A stretch of 64,000 nucleotides of DNA. Source: Octopus vulgaris. Taxonomy: Eukaryota. A model generated the notes under the pieces. It was not told the DNA's origin, ran no database searches, and worked only from the letters and a program-made list of their open reading frames with translations. Shown here in pieces: positions 13,086 through 27,159 of this stretch (its first letter is position 1; every line of letters starts with the position of its first letter). Where the stretch lies: NCBI GenBank assembly GCA_951406725.2, contig OX597829.1, positions 744,001-808,000 of the forward strand, in the 5' to 3' direction. Position numbers and translations under genes: made by a program.

Positions 13086-13836
13086 TCATTCGTAAAATTT
13101 TTTTTTTTTTTGGTTTTTTTATCTTTACAGATCTCTTTAAAATTAATGTAAATATAAGTAATTACATATAAAGCAAAATGAATTAATAAAAATATAAAAC
13201 ACACTGAAATATCATTAATCTTTTTTTTTCTATTTTTCTAAAATAGCTCATTTCCATCTTTTCTCAATTATTTGCGGTTTTTTTGTAGCGTCCAAGATTC
13301 TTGGAATAATATAAATGCATTAAAGATTTCATTGCATAGAATCCAAACCCAAATATACACTGTTTGTTGAAGCATAAACTGATGATATCAGCGCTTGATG
13401 TAAAGAGAAGGATTTGCGTTCTACTCGTCCTTTCGATGTTGTTGTTGTTGTCGCCATCGTCGTTGTTGTTGTTTGAGAGAAACGATGTTGTTGTTGTTGT
13501 TGTTATTGCTGAAGATTCACTTAAAGTAGTTGTACTTATTTTTGTTGCTGGTTTTAGTTTATTATTTTTGTTTGTTTTTCGTTACTGCTATTGTAGAGAT
13601 GATGCACGAAGCAAAAAGAAGGAATTTCATTTGAGCTCTACTTCTATCGTCTCTCAAGAGTAAATAATATAATAATGAATGTATAATCCTCAGCAACTAT
13701 ATATGTATATGTATGTGTGTGTTTCTGTGTATATGCATGTATACATATATATATATATATGCATACATACACACACACACACATATATGTATATGTATGT
13801 GTGTGTTTGTGTGTGTATACATGTATACATACACAC

Positions 13837-13887
<51 letters not shown>

Positions 13888-13944
13888 CATGTATATATAT
13901 ATATATATACATATATATACATGCATACAGACACACATATACAC

Positions 13945-14004
<60 letters not shown>

Positions 14005-14054
14005 GCATACATACATACACACATATATATGTGTGTATGTATGTATGTATGATA

Positions 14055-14205
14055 CTAGCGGCGGTATCCGGCGTCGCCCAGGAATGAAATTGCTCCTTGT
14101 ATGTTGGGAAGATAAAGCAAAATATGTTGTATAGAAATTTGTTATTGTAAATTCAATTTATTCATCAATTGGGATACACGAAGAAATCAATGCTGAATTC
14201 ATAAT

Positions 14206-14267
<62 letters not shown>

Positions 14268-17200
14268 AATAATAATAATAATAACAATAATAATAATAAT
14301 AATAATAAACGAAAATACAAGATTACCACTTTTATGAAGGGAGATAAATTCTATCACATGTTGAAGGAAACTACGCAAGAACTTCTGGGTAAACAACATT
14401 TTTCGTTTTCTGGTTTGGAGCATAGACAAATAAGTCTTGCAAACTACTTACCCTGGAGCAATCAACATAAAGGTGACCATGAGAAAAGCAAGGCTCAATT
14501 GAGTGCAAACCAGTAGATTTCAAATTCTAACCTTGAGCTATATTAACAGACATTGCGAAGCTAAGTCGCATTAGGAATTGTGTTTGTTTGAACTCAAATA
14601 GCATGTCTCATGGTCTGATTGGAATTTTTGGAATGAAAACCTCTTCCCCAGAGGCACATCCAGTGATGATGGTAGCTTCTACCACATTTACAATCAACCT
14701 TGTCCCATTGCATAATCTAAATTTCTTGGGACTCCCACCTTCAGAAAAATTTTATGTGGAGAAATTCTAGGTGGCTCAAAAGATTTAAGGAACTCTTTGG
14801 GGCAATGGACAGCTTGATTGTCATCAAGGACTGAATCAACTGATTCGTACTCCTTAATAACTGTTGGAATCTTATTCATTAATTCATGGTTAATCCTTGC
14901 TACGGTCTCATTTTTTGGAGCAAGACTTGTCCTTTCACACAACCATTTATGTGAATTATTATTATTACTTCAGTCTGGAAATACCGTTCTTCAATTCAGC
15001 TGGGGAATTCACCATGATAGCAATATGAGGCAAACTGATATCACCATTCCCATCAAATGGTACTTTCCCATTTCCTAATTGGAGGAGGCATGTTGGAAAC
15101 TGTTTTGTACATTGGTCCCCATTTAATGAAGCTGGTAAGTTAGTATTGATGGAAAATTTCAGCATTTTATTCCATAGGTGTGAAGACTTAATGCATGCTT
15201 TTATTTCATCAGAATGACTGGTAATGTCTGTCTGAAGTCACCAGGTAAAACTAATGTAACTCCTCCCAAAAATTTATTGTTGCCCCTGATGTCCTGTAAG
15301 GTCTTACCAAGAGCTTCCATTGCACCTCTATGTAACATGGTGCATTTATCCCAAAGGATCAGGAGGCATTGGCACAACACTTCTCGTGAACCTGAACCTT
15401 TGTTTCTGTTACAAATTGAACTGTCATTTGTGACCAGGTTTAGCGGTAATTTAAAAAGGCAGAATGAGCTGTTCGTCCTCCTGGGATAAGGGTGGCAGTA
15501 ATGCCAGACGATGCTACAGCAACTGCAATTCTTTTTTATTACCTTACCTTGGAGAGAAGCGTTGTTACAAACGTTTTACCTGTACCACCAGGAGCATCAA
15601 CAAAGAAAATTCCTCCGCTTTTTTATCTGACTGACGAAATAATTTTATTACATGCGCCGAGCTTTGTTCAGGAAGAAGTTTAGGTTCATGTCCATTCACA
15701 AATGCAGTCAATTCAGTGATGTCATAATTAATCTCTCTTGCTATGTCTCTTGAAGTTAAATCACTAATTTGACGGTTTCTTTTTGGCAGTCTGGAGGCAA
15801 ACTCTTGCAAAGTTTTGCCTCCCATTGCCAAAACTTGATCCTCAATTTCAGTCAGTGTTTGGTTAAAAATTGCTTCAGCATGCTGAATATTGATATCTGG
15901 GTTTGCCTGTTGAACTGCATACTTTAAGTCCTTAGCCATGTCCTCACAATGTTTCATCCAAAGTTATAGGGGACTGCCAAGTTGATACATGTTCAGTATT
16001 ATTGCACAAAGGTTACGGAGTTTCCTTGGAGAATCTGATACTTATGCTTCAGTTAATGCATCATCCTATTAATAGCATGCTTCCCTATAGTTTCATACAC
16101 ACGACCATTTACCCTCTTCTAATCTTGGTCACATACTTCATGCAGAAGGAGCCGTAAGTTGTAGCCTTCTGCTTGGCTTGGGTGGACACTGTAAACTCTT
16201 GTAAGAGTGTCAGTCCATTTCCTTTTGTGCCATTTATTGTTTCTCCAAGTGTAATTCTTGGGTAATTCTTGAGTTTTCCTGCTTCTTCATCTACTTGACA
16301 CAACTTAAAAAAAGTAACAAGGGTAGTTTCTTTGGAGAAAGTTCTTGTTGTGAGGCTGTTCGTTTTGTGAAGATAACCCTGTGGCCATTCTCTAGATGGA
16401 CTCTCAGATGAATGATGGTTGGGTGCATCTCATGAATGGGATAATTGAAGATGCACCAAAAAGCCTCATTGGCACTGATGTATCTTCCTCTGTCATACTG
16501 TGCATCCTTTTTATTTTTATTTATCTGCTGATTGCCATTCTGCATAAGAATGTATGTTGCAGCATCTAAACCTTTGTTTATATATATGCAAACATACTTA
16601 ATAGATGCAGGAGTGGTTGTGTGGTAACTTGCTAATCAGTCACATGGTTCCGGGTTCAGTCCCACTGCGTGGCATCTTGGGCAAGTGTCTTCTGCTATAG
16701 CCCCGGGCCGACCAATGCCTTGTGAGTGGATTTGGTAGACGGAAACTGAAAGAAGCCTGTCGTATATATGTATATATATGTATATGTATGTATGGGTTTG
16801 TGTGTCTGTGTTTGTCCCCCTAGCATTGCTTGACAACCGATGCTGGTGTGTTTACGTCCCCGTCACCTAGTGGTTCGGCAAAAGAGACCGATAGAATAAG
16901 TACTGGGCTTACAAAGAGTAAGTCCCGGGGTCGATTTGCTCGATTAAAGGCGGTGCTCCAGCATGGCCGCAGTCAAATGACTGAAACAAGTAAAAGAGTA
17001 AAAGAGAGTAAAGAGTAATAGAGTTCACAGAGTTGCAGAATTCAACATTGATATGGGCTTTGAAAGTTTTTTGTAAGAAAAGGACAGTAGGGTACAACCC
17101 AACCGATTGTCAATGATGAATTTTTGCCCATTTCTTTTTTTTTTCGAAGTAAATCCATTGTGCTTAAGTTTTTTTTCCCTTGTAAAGGGGGTAACCTCCT

Positions 17201-17690
17201 TCTCCAGTGTGGGTTTCTTGTACAGAGGGACGTTGGTAGTTCTTCGTACCCTTATTATCCCTCATGCATGGTGAGGATGGATTAATTGAACCACAGGGTC
17301 CATGAATCATATGGGGTTTCACAATTTCATGCATCAAAGTGTTTTGCTGTGGATTAGGCAGATCAGCTGAGATAAATAAATCAATATCATTTAGTCGAAG
17401 TTTTTCATGTAACCAAATCAAAATGTTGGCAAGTGGCAATCCTCATTTTTGTCATTCAATTGTGTACATGTCACATTTGACTATTCCAAAAACTTCACCC
17501 TTTTTTAGGCGGCCCATCAGCTTCATGACTTTAAGTCCGAACACCCAGTCTATAATATCGTGGACATCTTTGGTTTCTTGATGATAATAAAGCTCATTTG
17601 TTTTATTTCATGCCATGTTGGGTTACATGTGAATGTAATGAAGAGGTCTGGACGACCATAGTAAGTGCATCATGGATACTCTCGTGCATA
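14055..17690 (-). mobile_element. Decayed autonomous Helitron (Rep HUH endonuclease + PIF1/SF1B helicase) retaining its 3' terminus
   Basis: Minus-strand fragments GRPDLFITFTCNP, GLPLANILIWL, MIHGPCG, HINVEFCNSVNSIKYVCIYINKG, GRYISANEAFW, DAPGGTGKTF (Walker A), GDFRQTLPV, LAPKNETVARIN, PCFSHGHLYVDCSRV; many stops and frameshifts; 3' end GGGCGACGCCGGATACCGCCG-CTAG|T with CTAG at 14055-14058. Confidence 0.93.
16607..17015 (+). mobile_element. SINE family B (tRNA head, CORE-like segment, internal microsatellite, (AGTAAAAG)n tail) inserted in the Helitron
   Basis: Box-B-like GGTTCAGTCCC; CTTGGGCAAGTGTCTT; 7-bp TSD TAATAGA at 16599-16605 and 17016-17022. Confidence 0.9.
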
Positions 17691-17692
17691 TA

Positions 17693-17870
17693 CCTATTTC
17701 TTTACTACCCACAAGGGGCTAAACATAGAGGGGACAAACAAGGACAGACATAGGTATTAAGTCGATTACATCGACCCCTGTGCATAATTGGTACTTATTT
17801 AATCGACCCCGAGAGGATGAAAGGCAAAGTCGACCTCGGCGGAATTTGAACTCACAACGTAACGGCAGAC
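17693..17870 (-). mobile_element. SINE family A, 5'-truncated, abutting a short family L2 LTR piece (17871-17907)
   Basis: Matches the family A 3' half; followed by GAGGAAAATAATCGCCAACGGTACACACG as at ~9475 and ~32293. Confidence 0.85.
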
Positions 17871-17920
17871 AGAGGAAAATAATCGCCAACGGTACACACG
17901 AAGTCACATACATATATATG

Positions 17921-17993
<73 letters not shown>

Positions 17994-18368
17994 GTACATA
18001 TGTGGGGGGTTGTATACATGTATGCATATATAAATATGTATCATATGTGCATATACATCGGAGCGATAACCTCCCTTGCAAATGCTATATACAGACACAG
18101 ACTCTGTGTGTCGATATCCAGCTGAAAAAATGTTTTCCTGGGGCTAAAACAACAGTAACATCATCCTTTACATGACTGCCACGTTATGTTGGCATCTGAA
18201 CATTACTGTTCGCTACTGTTACTGTATTTCTCTAGCTCAGATATTTAAAACACATACATTCATACATACATACATACATACATACATACATACATACATA
18301 CATACAAACATACATACATACATACATACATACATACATACATACATACATACATACAAACATCCATC

Positions 18369-18415
<47 letters not shown>

Positions 18416-18440
18416 AATACGTACACACAGGCATCCATAC

Positions 18441-18471
<31 letters not shown>

Positions 18472-18520
18472 CATATGTAGAAATACATTCATACATATAT
18501 ATACATCATATATATATATA

Positions 18521-18920
18521 TACTCTTTTACTCTTTTACTTGTTTCAGTCATTTGACTGCGGCCATGCTGCAGCACCGCCTTTAGTCGAGCAATTCGACG
18601 CCAGGACTCATTCTTTGGAAGCCTGGTACTGATTCTATCGGTTGCTTTTGCCGAAACACTAGTTTACGGGGACGTAAACACTCCAGCATCAGTTGTCAAG
18701 CTATGGTGTGGGGACAAACATAGACACACAAACATATACACGCACGTACATATATATATACATATATACGACATGCTTCTTTCAGTTTCCGTCTACCAAA
18801 TCTACTTACAAGGCTGTGGTTGGCCCGAGGCTATAGAAGAAGACACTTGCCTAAGGTGCCACAAAGTGGGACTGAACCCGAAACCATGTGGTTGGTAAGC
18901 AAGCTACTTACCACGCAGCC
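18521..18920 (-). mobile_element. SINE family B
   Basis: Reverse-complement match to 16607-17015. Confidence 0.9.
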
Positions 18921-18943
18921 AATATATTCATATATATATGTAA

Positions 18944-19006
<63 letters not shown>

Positions 19007-19101
19007 TATATTTAAGTAGGTGAATGAATTATCTTATGTTTATCGTCAGCATGGAAAATTCGTTTAACCGAAACCTTATATATATATGTGCATAAGGTTA
19101 A

Positions 19102-19159
<58 letters not shown>

Positions 19160-19191
19160 TTAAAATAAGCAACAAGGATATCCAAAGGTAT

Positions 19192-19279
19192 TGCAGTACG
19201 ATCGTTTCATGCGACTCCATTTAATTGAACAATGCAAGTATTACATCAGTTTTAAAATGTTGAGCAATCTTCAGCTGCA
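19192..19279 (-). ncRNA. HHR motif with long stem II (left-arm copy)
   Basis: Reverse complement of 20215-20302. Confidence 0.6.
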
Positions 19280-19709
19280 TAAAAATATATAATTTAGTTA
19301 AATTTAAAAGATTCATTTTTATAGTTATTCCATTAACCAAAATCACAAAGAGGGTACGTAGGTAGACAGAGAACAAGTTTCACCAACAGCATCATAGTAG
19401 TTAAATCATATTTTTTTCATGAAGACACTGCTCATCATTGATTTTACATTGTTATTTAGATTTACTACTAGGAGAGGGGGTTTAAGACTACTTTATCAGG
19501 TCTATGGCTGTCAAATAGTTAAGTATTATAAGTTTTTACTCTCCCTACACCATCAGTTTAGCCTGCTAATTTTGGCTGAAATATATCCTACTGGACCCAA
19601 ATGGTTTCTACTTCAAAGGGATCTTGATTTTTGGCTCTGCCACTTAAACTGTCTTTTTCTTTATCCATAAAAGATAGATTCTTGTATTCCACTATATATT
19701 CATGTATAT

Positions 19710-19761
<52 letters not shown>

Positions 19762-20214
19762 ATATATATATACATGAATATATGAAGTGGAATACAAGTA
19801 ATCTATCTTTTATGGATAAAGAAAAAGACAGTTTAAGTGGCACCCGGAGCTACATATATATATATAAAATCAAGATCCCTTTGATAGTAGAAACCATTTG
19901 GGTCCAGTAGGATATATTTCAGAAAAAATTAGCAGGCTAAACTGATGGTGTAGGGAGAGTAAAACTTATAATACTTAACTATTTGACAGCCATAGACCTG
20001 ATAAAGTAGTCTTAAACCCCTCTCCTAGTAGTAAATCTAAATAACAATGTAAAATCAATGATGAGCAGTGTCTTCATGAAAAATATGATTTAACTACTAT
20101 GATGCTGTTGGTGAAACTTGTTCTCTGTCTACCTACGTACCCTCTTTGTGATTTTGGTTAATGGAATAACTATAAAAATGAATCTTTTAAATTTAACTAA
20201 ATTATATATTTTTA

Positions 20215-20302
20215 TGCAGCTGAAGATTGCTCAACATTTTAAAACTGATGTAATACTTGCATTGTTCAATTAAATGGAGTCGCATGAAACGATCGTACTG
20301 CA
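20215..20302 (+). ncRNA. HHR motif with long stem II (right-arm copy)
   Basis: tgcag-CTGAAGA-(59 nt, tTGC...GCAt)-GAAA-CGATCG-TA-ctgca; 5-bp stem I, palindromic ACGATCGT stem III, GUA cleavage triplet. Confidence 0.62.
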
Positions 20303-20334
20303 ATACCTTTGGATATCCTTGTTGCTTATTTTAA

Positions 20335-20384
<50 letters not shown>

Positions 20385-21086
20385 GTACTGTACTTAACCT
20401 TATGCACATACATGCACATTTACATATTCATATGTATATATGAATATATACATATATGTGTGTGTGTGTGTATTATTTTATTCTTTTATACTTTTATGGT
20501 TCAGCCCCGAGGCTGTGACCAAGCTGGGGCACCGCTACATATATATATATATATATATATGCATATGTAAATATACTGGTATATATCTGTATATACATAT
20601 ATACATATATTGTTGTTATGATTAATATCAATATTAGTATCATTTGTATTCTTATTAGAAATTATTATGAAAAGTGTATTGTAAAATATGTAATGTGAAC
20701 CCGATCTATGACAACATAGGAAAAAGGTATACACACACGTGCGCTTGCAGACCTACTTGCAAACATACATTCATGCATACATATGTGTTGCGGCGCGTGC
20801 GTTCCCGTGCGTATGTGTATGAGTTTGATAATTCAAATTACGTCTGAGAAAATGGTCTGTTTATTTTTTCTGTTATGTAATCTATTATTATACAATATAA
20901 TGCCATTCTCATGGAGACGCATGTTATGTAACTGAAAATCAGACTGGTTTTTAATAGCGTGGATACTACTGAAATGATTTATTTAAGTTCCTGTAATGGA
21001 AAATGACCATCAATGACGAAGTGATGTAATTTAGTGTATTTGGTTTCAGAGCGTTAAGAAACAGGTATGAATGCTTTCTGATACCA

Positions 21087-21320
21087 GTTTCTTTACTACC
21101 CACAAGGGCCTAAACACAGAGGGGAGAAACAAGGACAGACAAACGGATTGAGTCGATTACATCGACCCCAGTGCGTAACTGGTCCTTAATTTATCGACCC
21201 CGAAAGGATGAAAGGCAACGTCGATCTCGACGGAATTTGAACTCAGAACGTAACGGCAGACGAAATACCGCTAAGCGTTTCGCCCGGCGTGCTAACCACT
21301 CTGCCAGCCCCTCGCCGCCT
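21087..21320 (-). mobile_element. SINE family A
   Basis: Reverse-complement match to 28366-28596. Confidence 0.9.
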
Positions 21321-22012
21321 TGCTGTTTGATTCATATCTTCATTACTAAATGGTCGTAATGGCAGAGATTTGGAGGAGTACAAAGAGTTAGGTGGTCCCA
21401 ATAACAGCATACAACTGGTGACTCGCTTGTAGAATGTAAGTCATTACCGTTTAGATTAATATTGTTTCTACCATTGAATACAAAACTTAAACTAATTTAT
21501 TACTATAAATATGTAAATAACTTACTTAGCAACATTACCATCTAAAAGACTGGACTCTTGAAAAAATAAAACCTTCTTACGATTCTTCACTGTAAACAAG
21601 GTTTCCAGTCCCTGTCAATAAATTTAATTTGAATTGCTAATATCCTCCAAACAGAACATGGACATTACAAAATCTCACATATTTTATCAAAATATACGAA
21701 ATTATTCACATATTTTCATTTCAATGTGATAAGTGGGGTATGACAGAAATGGTAGAATGGTCAGCTAAATCATGGACGATTTATTGTCTTTTACTGAACT
21801 TCTTAAACTCTAAAGTGTCACCGGATCCCCTTTCAGCTACTCAGCTGCTGAAAAAAGGAATAAATGAAGGGGATGTATTGATGTACTGTAAATATGTGTT
21901 TACAAAATTCTATAATTTTTTTTTATTTGTAGCATTGCATTGTAGATTTATTATAATATAATAATATTATTATATATTATATAGAAATATTTCATAATAA
22001 TATATATATATA

Positions 22013-22210
22013 GGCCATGTAGAGGCACAGAGCAGCGAACTCGCGGTCGAGGGATCGCGGATTCGAATCTCAGACCGGGCGATATGTGTGTTTATGAGCG
22101 AAATACCGAAGCTCCACGCGGCTCCAGCAGAAGGTAATGCCGAACTTCTGTTGACCCTTTCTAAACGGCGGTGCATCAGCATGGCCGCAGCTCTGAACTG
22201 AAACTAAAAA
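22013..22210 (+). mobile_element. tRNA-derived SINE family C
   Basis: Box-B-like GGATTCGAATCTC; tail GGCGGTGCATCAGCATGGCCGCAGCTCTGAACTGAAAC followed by an A-run. Confidence 0.7.
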
Positions 22211-22261
22211 AAGAAAATATATATATTATTATTTTGTGCAATAATAATGATAATAGAAAGA

Positions 22262-22350
22262 ATATAGAAAGAATTTAAGGGAGTAAATTTAAGGGAATAT
22301 AGAAATAATTTAAGGGAGTAAATTTAAGGGAATATAGAAATAATTTAAGG
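22262..22350 (+). repeat. Short ~35-bp tandem repeat
   Basis: AATTTAAGGGAGTAAATTTAAGGGAATATAGAAAT, about 2.5 copies. Confidence 0.8.
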
Positions 22351-22438
22351 GATTGAAAAAAGCAAAATATATCTAAATATTGAAGAACACCGTCCATATT
22401 GTATAAATGTGTCTGTAATGGTTTAAATTGCATGCGAT

Positions 22439-22514
<76 letters not shown>

Positions 22515-23127
22515 ATACTCAGTTTCATTTGAATTAATCTCTTGTTTGCTTGCCGAAACATAAATTCACAAGAAACAAGACTAACTTAGACAGAGAAAGA
22601 AGAGAATTTGGTGGATTTAATCAACACCGGTGTTTCAATGAATGGCAACCGCAGCGAGATTTGAAGAGAATGTAAAGTGAGGCATTAAAGACGGGGGGGG
22701 GAAAAGGTGATGCTTCACTGTTTCAATTTGTTTTCATTTGCCAATAATCTTTGGGCTTCTTCGTGGATCAGTTGGAGAAATCTTCGGCTTAGAGAATAAT
22801 TCTTCACACGTGGAAGACGGTGAAGAAAAGTTAAATCTATACATTCATGCTAGTTTTTCGGAATATTAACAAAGCGAAATGGTTGTAGCCGTGTGTTGAC
22901 ATAGATACGCGAGCATGAAATCAATTATCATTGCAGAGGGAAGCAGAAACCGACTGTAGTCAATGGAATCTACATTAGTTCAAAACTATTACCTATTTCC
23001 TCATATTCTTGGAAAATGAAATATGATATCAACCCCAGATATATCTCAATTTTGTAACTGAGAATCTACGAAAAGAAATGGCGGATCGTATTTAATATAA
23101 TGTTAATGCTTTTAGTTTTAATAAACA

Positions 23128-23425
23128 AGAGTTGTAGGCATCCGACGGTCCCGAGGGGCCATAGATCTGCGCCCGAAGAAATCGTGTCAGCGTCTGTTGT
23201 AGCTGTAGGGACCCACACGGGAGTAACAGTCATGCATACAGCGACTGTATTTGAAGGAGCTCTCTGCCGGCGCTACTGGTTTTTCTTTCTGTCGAGTGCG
23301 CTTTTCTTTGGTGGCGAGTTACTGTTTTTCTTCTCGCTTCATCCCCTTTCGCAGTATTTTTCTCCATCGTAGGCGACCTCCTCCTAACGCACCGCTTTGG
23401 ACGGCATCCCATCAGATCTCTCTCC
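23128..23425 (-). mobile_element. RTE-clade LINE 3' fragment
   Basis: Minus strand EKRTRQK...FKYSRCMHDCYSRVGPYSYNRR* (decayed C-terminal CxxC..SRIGLxSH motif), then the short 3' end CTATGGCCCCTCGGGACCGTCGGATGCCTACAAC; a SINE A fragment follows at 23425-23500. Confidence 0.75.
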
Positions 23426-25319
23426 GAAAGGATGAAAGGCAAAGTCGACCTCGGCGGAATTTGAACTCAGAACGTAACGGCAGACGAAATATCGCTAAGT
23501 CATGCAATTTTCTCGATATCCATGAGATTCTTACCAACATTCTACCTTTAGTCTTAAAGAGAGGACGGAATGTTCACGGTTGGAACGCTTTTGATCATGT
23601 CTGCAGGATCAAGGCTTCTTTTTTTATTTTTACTTTGTCTGGGTTAAACAACACCAACACCATCAGCAACCACCACCACCACCACCACCATTACTAATAT
23701 CATCAACATTACTAACACCGCCACTACCACCATCTTCATCTTCACTACCACCACCGGCACAACCGTTGCCACCGTCACCACCAACGTCACCATAACAACT
23801 GTTAGCTCCCTATTTTATACCTTATGACTTTATGGTTTTTATTAGGAATGTCGTGTACATTACAACTCCCATATTCCTCATCACCCTCCTGCTCCGTCCC
23901 TTCTTCCTTCCTTCCTTCCTTTCTTTCTTTCTTTCTCTCTCCTTGATGCTAATAAGTTAAAACAAGCATCGGTGGACGAGGGCGAGCAGCAGACAAGACA
24001 TCAGTAAAAAGACAAATATCGACATTTAATGGCGAGCCATGTTTATTTCGTGTCTGAGAGGCCTGCAATGATACACAAGATGATGTTATGCTTTAAAAGT
24101 GGAAATATATTTTAATCTAAAATAACGTGGAATTTTATGCTTATTGTGAGCAATAAAACAACAGAATCTCATTTTAAATAGAGCAGTGACTTCGGAAATG
24201 GTCCCCTCTTTCTCTCCTTTCCTCTCTTTCCCCGGCTTCTCACTCTTTCTTCTTCTCTTTCTGCATACATTCTCTCGTTCTCTTTTCATAAAACACCGCC
24301 ATTTTCTTTCACTATTTATTACTTATTCTCTTCCTTTTCCTTCTGTCTTACTATCTAAATCTCACTCTATGAGTTTATTTAAATACACACACACTCACAC
24401 ACGCACATAAACATAGACACACATACAAACACGTACTCCCCTCATATATTTTTATGTAGACATACGCACATTTACGCACGCATACGTTATATTTCTCACC
24501 AATACCGCTTTCATAACCTTCCCTCTCATTCACATCGCTTGAATCAGTTATTATTTTTTTTTTTTCTATTCTGACTCCAATGTATTTCTCTATCTGTTCC
24601 TTTATCTTGCTATCATGTCTCTTTTCCTTCGAACACTCATTTAATATTCTTCATGCTATCCCACTTTCCCCCCCACCCCACTTCTATGTCGTGTTCCCTG
24701 GCGTATTTTTTTTTACAAGTCTATTCAATCTTTTTTATATTTTTACTACATTAAATATCCTGTATTTTACGTGGCACGCAAATGTGCATTCAACAATATC
24801 CAAAGGTATTATGGAGTTAATATATACGTTAATATAAAAAGTAGGTGGATGGAATTTACAAACTAGTGTCTCACGTAAATCTATACAAATCTATACAACA
24901 TCACTGCACACATACATAAATGTAAATGTTTATAGACAATATAATACAATATACAGGAAAAATAAATAAATTTTAGTTTGGAAATTAATATACATGTATA
25001 TATATATATACTCAAAATGTGTAAAGCTATGATAGTTAGGTTATTGTATGTTGACAACGAAAATAAATTCAACATCGAAATTTATTACAAATCGTGAAAA
25101 ACCCAAAGGATTTCCTGCTTTCCTGTTTCTTTATCTTTCTTTCTTATCTTTTTTTTTTGTTTTTATATACGTATTGACGGCTTAGGATAAATGCAACATC
25201 ACTCTACTGCGTACATTCCCACGAATATCCCACAAAATTTCTGCGTATTGATGTTAACTGGTCGTCATTTCTCCAAATTCTATGCTGTTTCTATTAGCAG
25301 CAGCATTCAAAGTTACCCC

Positions 25320-25680
25320 AACCGCAGAAAGGGGCGTCACTGCATGGTGCCAAAGATTCCAACATCACCATCAAAATACAGGACCAGACACTGCAACATC
25401 TTAGGTTTCAGAGGACCACAGCTCTTCACCATCCTCCCTAAATGCCTGAGAGACTTACATGGTATGGATGTGGGTTTCTTTAAAACTAAACTGGATCTCT
25501 TATTGTCGGGGGCCCCAGATGAACCTACCTCTCGGCAGGAGACACAGATGCGGGCAGCAGCATCGAACTCCCTTGTTGACCAAGTGCCACGTATCAGAGG
25601 TAGTTTCACATACTAGTGTAGCTCATTCAACGGTGGTGCCCCAGCATGGCCGCAGCCTTCGAGCTGAAACATTTTAAAGG
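25320..25680 (+). mobile_element. CR1-like LINE 3' end (ORF2 C-terminus + 3' tail)
   Basis: GRHCMVPKI...GFRGPQLFTILPKCLRDL...FFKTKLDLLLSGAPDEP...RAAASNSL; tail GGTGGTGCCCCAGCATGGCCGCAGCC...CTGAAAC. Confidence 0.8.
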
Positions 25681-26177
25681 ATTTTTATAGCAGCAAATAT
25701 ACAATGTCAAATTGTTCTATAGAAATAACTGGGCGAGCAATAGAAACCCCTCATTTTAGAATGTATATGAAGAGTCTTTAAGGAGACTGTCTCTGCATAA
25801 CACACGATTTTCTAAATCGTACATCTAATACTTTCAATAAAGCCACGTGGCGTTGTCGTTAGAATGTTGCACTGGCGATCACAAGCTTGTGGTTTCGATT
25901 CCTAGAGAGTAGAGACACCGGTCAAAGGTTCCAAGGCTTATCTATGCTTGCTGTCACTAAATTAAATGCAGTAGACCCTAATGCACTACTTTCCTGGAGA
26001 AGCGGGGAGTTAAGATCCCCGGCTTTCTCGGAATAATTCCATTTTTGATAAATTAAGCAAAACTACACACACACACACTTACACGCTCTCAGCGCATACA
26101 CATACACACTTACACGCTCTCAGATACACACACATACACGCACGCACACACACACACACACACAAACATGTATATCA

Positions 26178-26455
26178 AACTTTGGCAAAGCCTTATGAAT
26201 GGATTTGGTGGATGGAAACTGAAAGAAGCTCGTCGTAAATATATTTCCATGTCTCTCTGTGTTTGTGCTTGTCCAACACTACCGCTTGACGACCGGCGTT
26301 GGTGTGTTCGAGCCCCGTAACTTAGCGGTTCGGTAAAGTAACTGATAGAATAAGTACCAGTCTAAAACAAAAGTCCTCAGGTCGATTTGCTCGAATAAAA
26401 CCATTCGAGGCAGTACCCCAGTATAGCCCCAGTCATATGACTGAAACAAGTAAAC
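26178..26455 (+). mobile_element. SINE family B, 5'-truncated and diverged
   Basis: GGATTTGGTGGATGGAAACTGAAAGAAG...TGACTGAAACAAGTAAA. Confidence 0.8.
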
Positions 26456-26459
26456 AAAA

Positions 26460-26534
<75 letters not shown>

Positions 26535-26546
26535 ATATCTATCTAT

Positions 26547-26585
<39 letters not shown>

Positions 26586-26651
26586 TACACACACATATAT
26601 ATATGTATGTAGGTATGTATATATATATATATATGTATATATATATTATAT

Positions 26652-26792
<141 letters not shown>

Positions 26793-27159
26793 GTATGTGC
26801 ACGTATACGTACACAGACAGGCAGGCACAACACACACATTAAAGTTTCATAAACTTCTTAATCTTAGGTGTCTTCACATTTTCTTATTCTTTCCTGAACG
26901 ACTTTTCTAGATCTTGCTGGATTCTCTTTCTATCATCCTCTCTGGTTATTCTCCCAAGTAATGAAGATAATCTGTCTCTGATTTCCTTATTTAGTTGATG
27001 CTTATCCCATCGATTATAATGTAACGGACGAGGGCGTGCCTGCCCTTTCTGCTACTCTTCGAGCTGCTGTATTTGAATCCACTAGTGTCATTACATTCAA
27101 GCCAGTGGGTATTAGCTTTGAGTCTCTACATCTACACAGGAAGGTTCAGGACATCCATA

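Larger units (their letters stand above)
19085..20410. repeat. ~1.3-kb near-perfect palindrome (arms ~0.6 kb, (TA)n-rich centre)
   Basis: 19157-19705 is the reverse complement of 19771-20338; the outer (TA)n and TGTGCATAAGGTTAAGTA flank are mirrored too. Confidence 0.95.

Noticed and set aside
22262-22350. CRISPR-like repeat
   Set aside because: Contiguous tandem repeat with no unique spacers, in eukaryotic context
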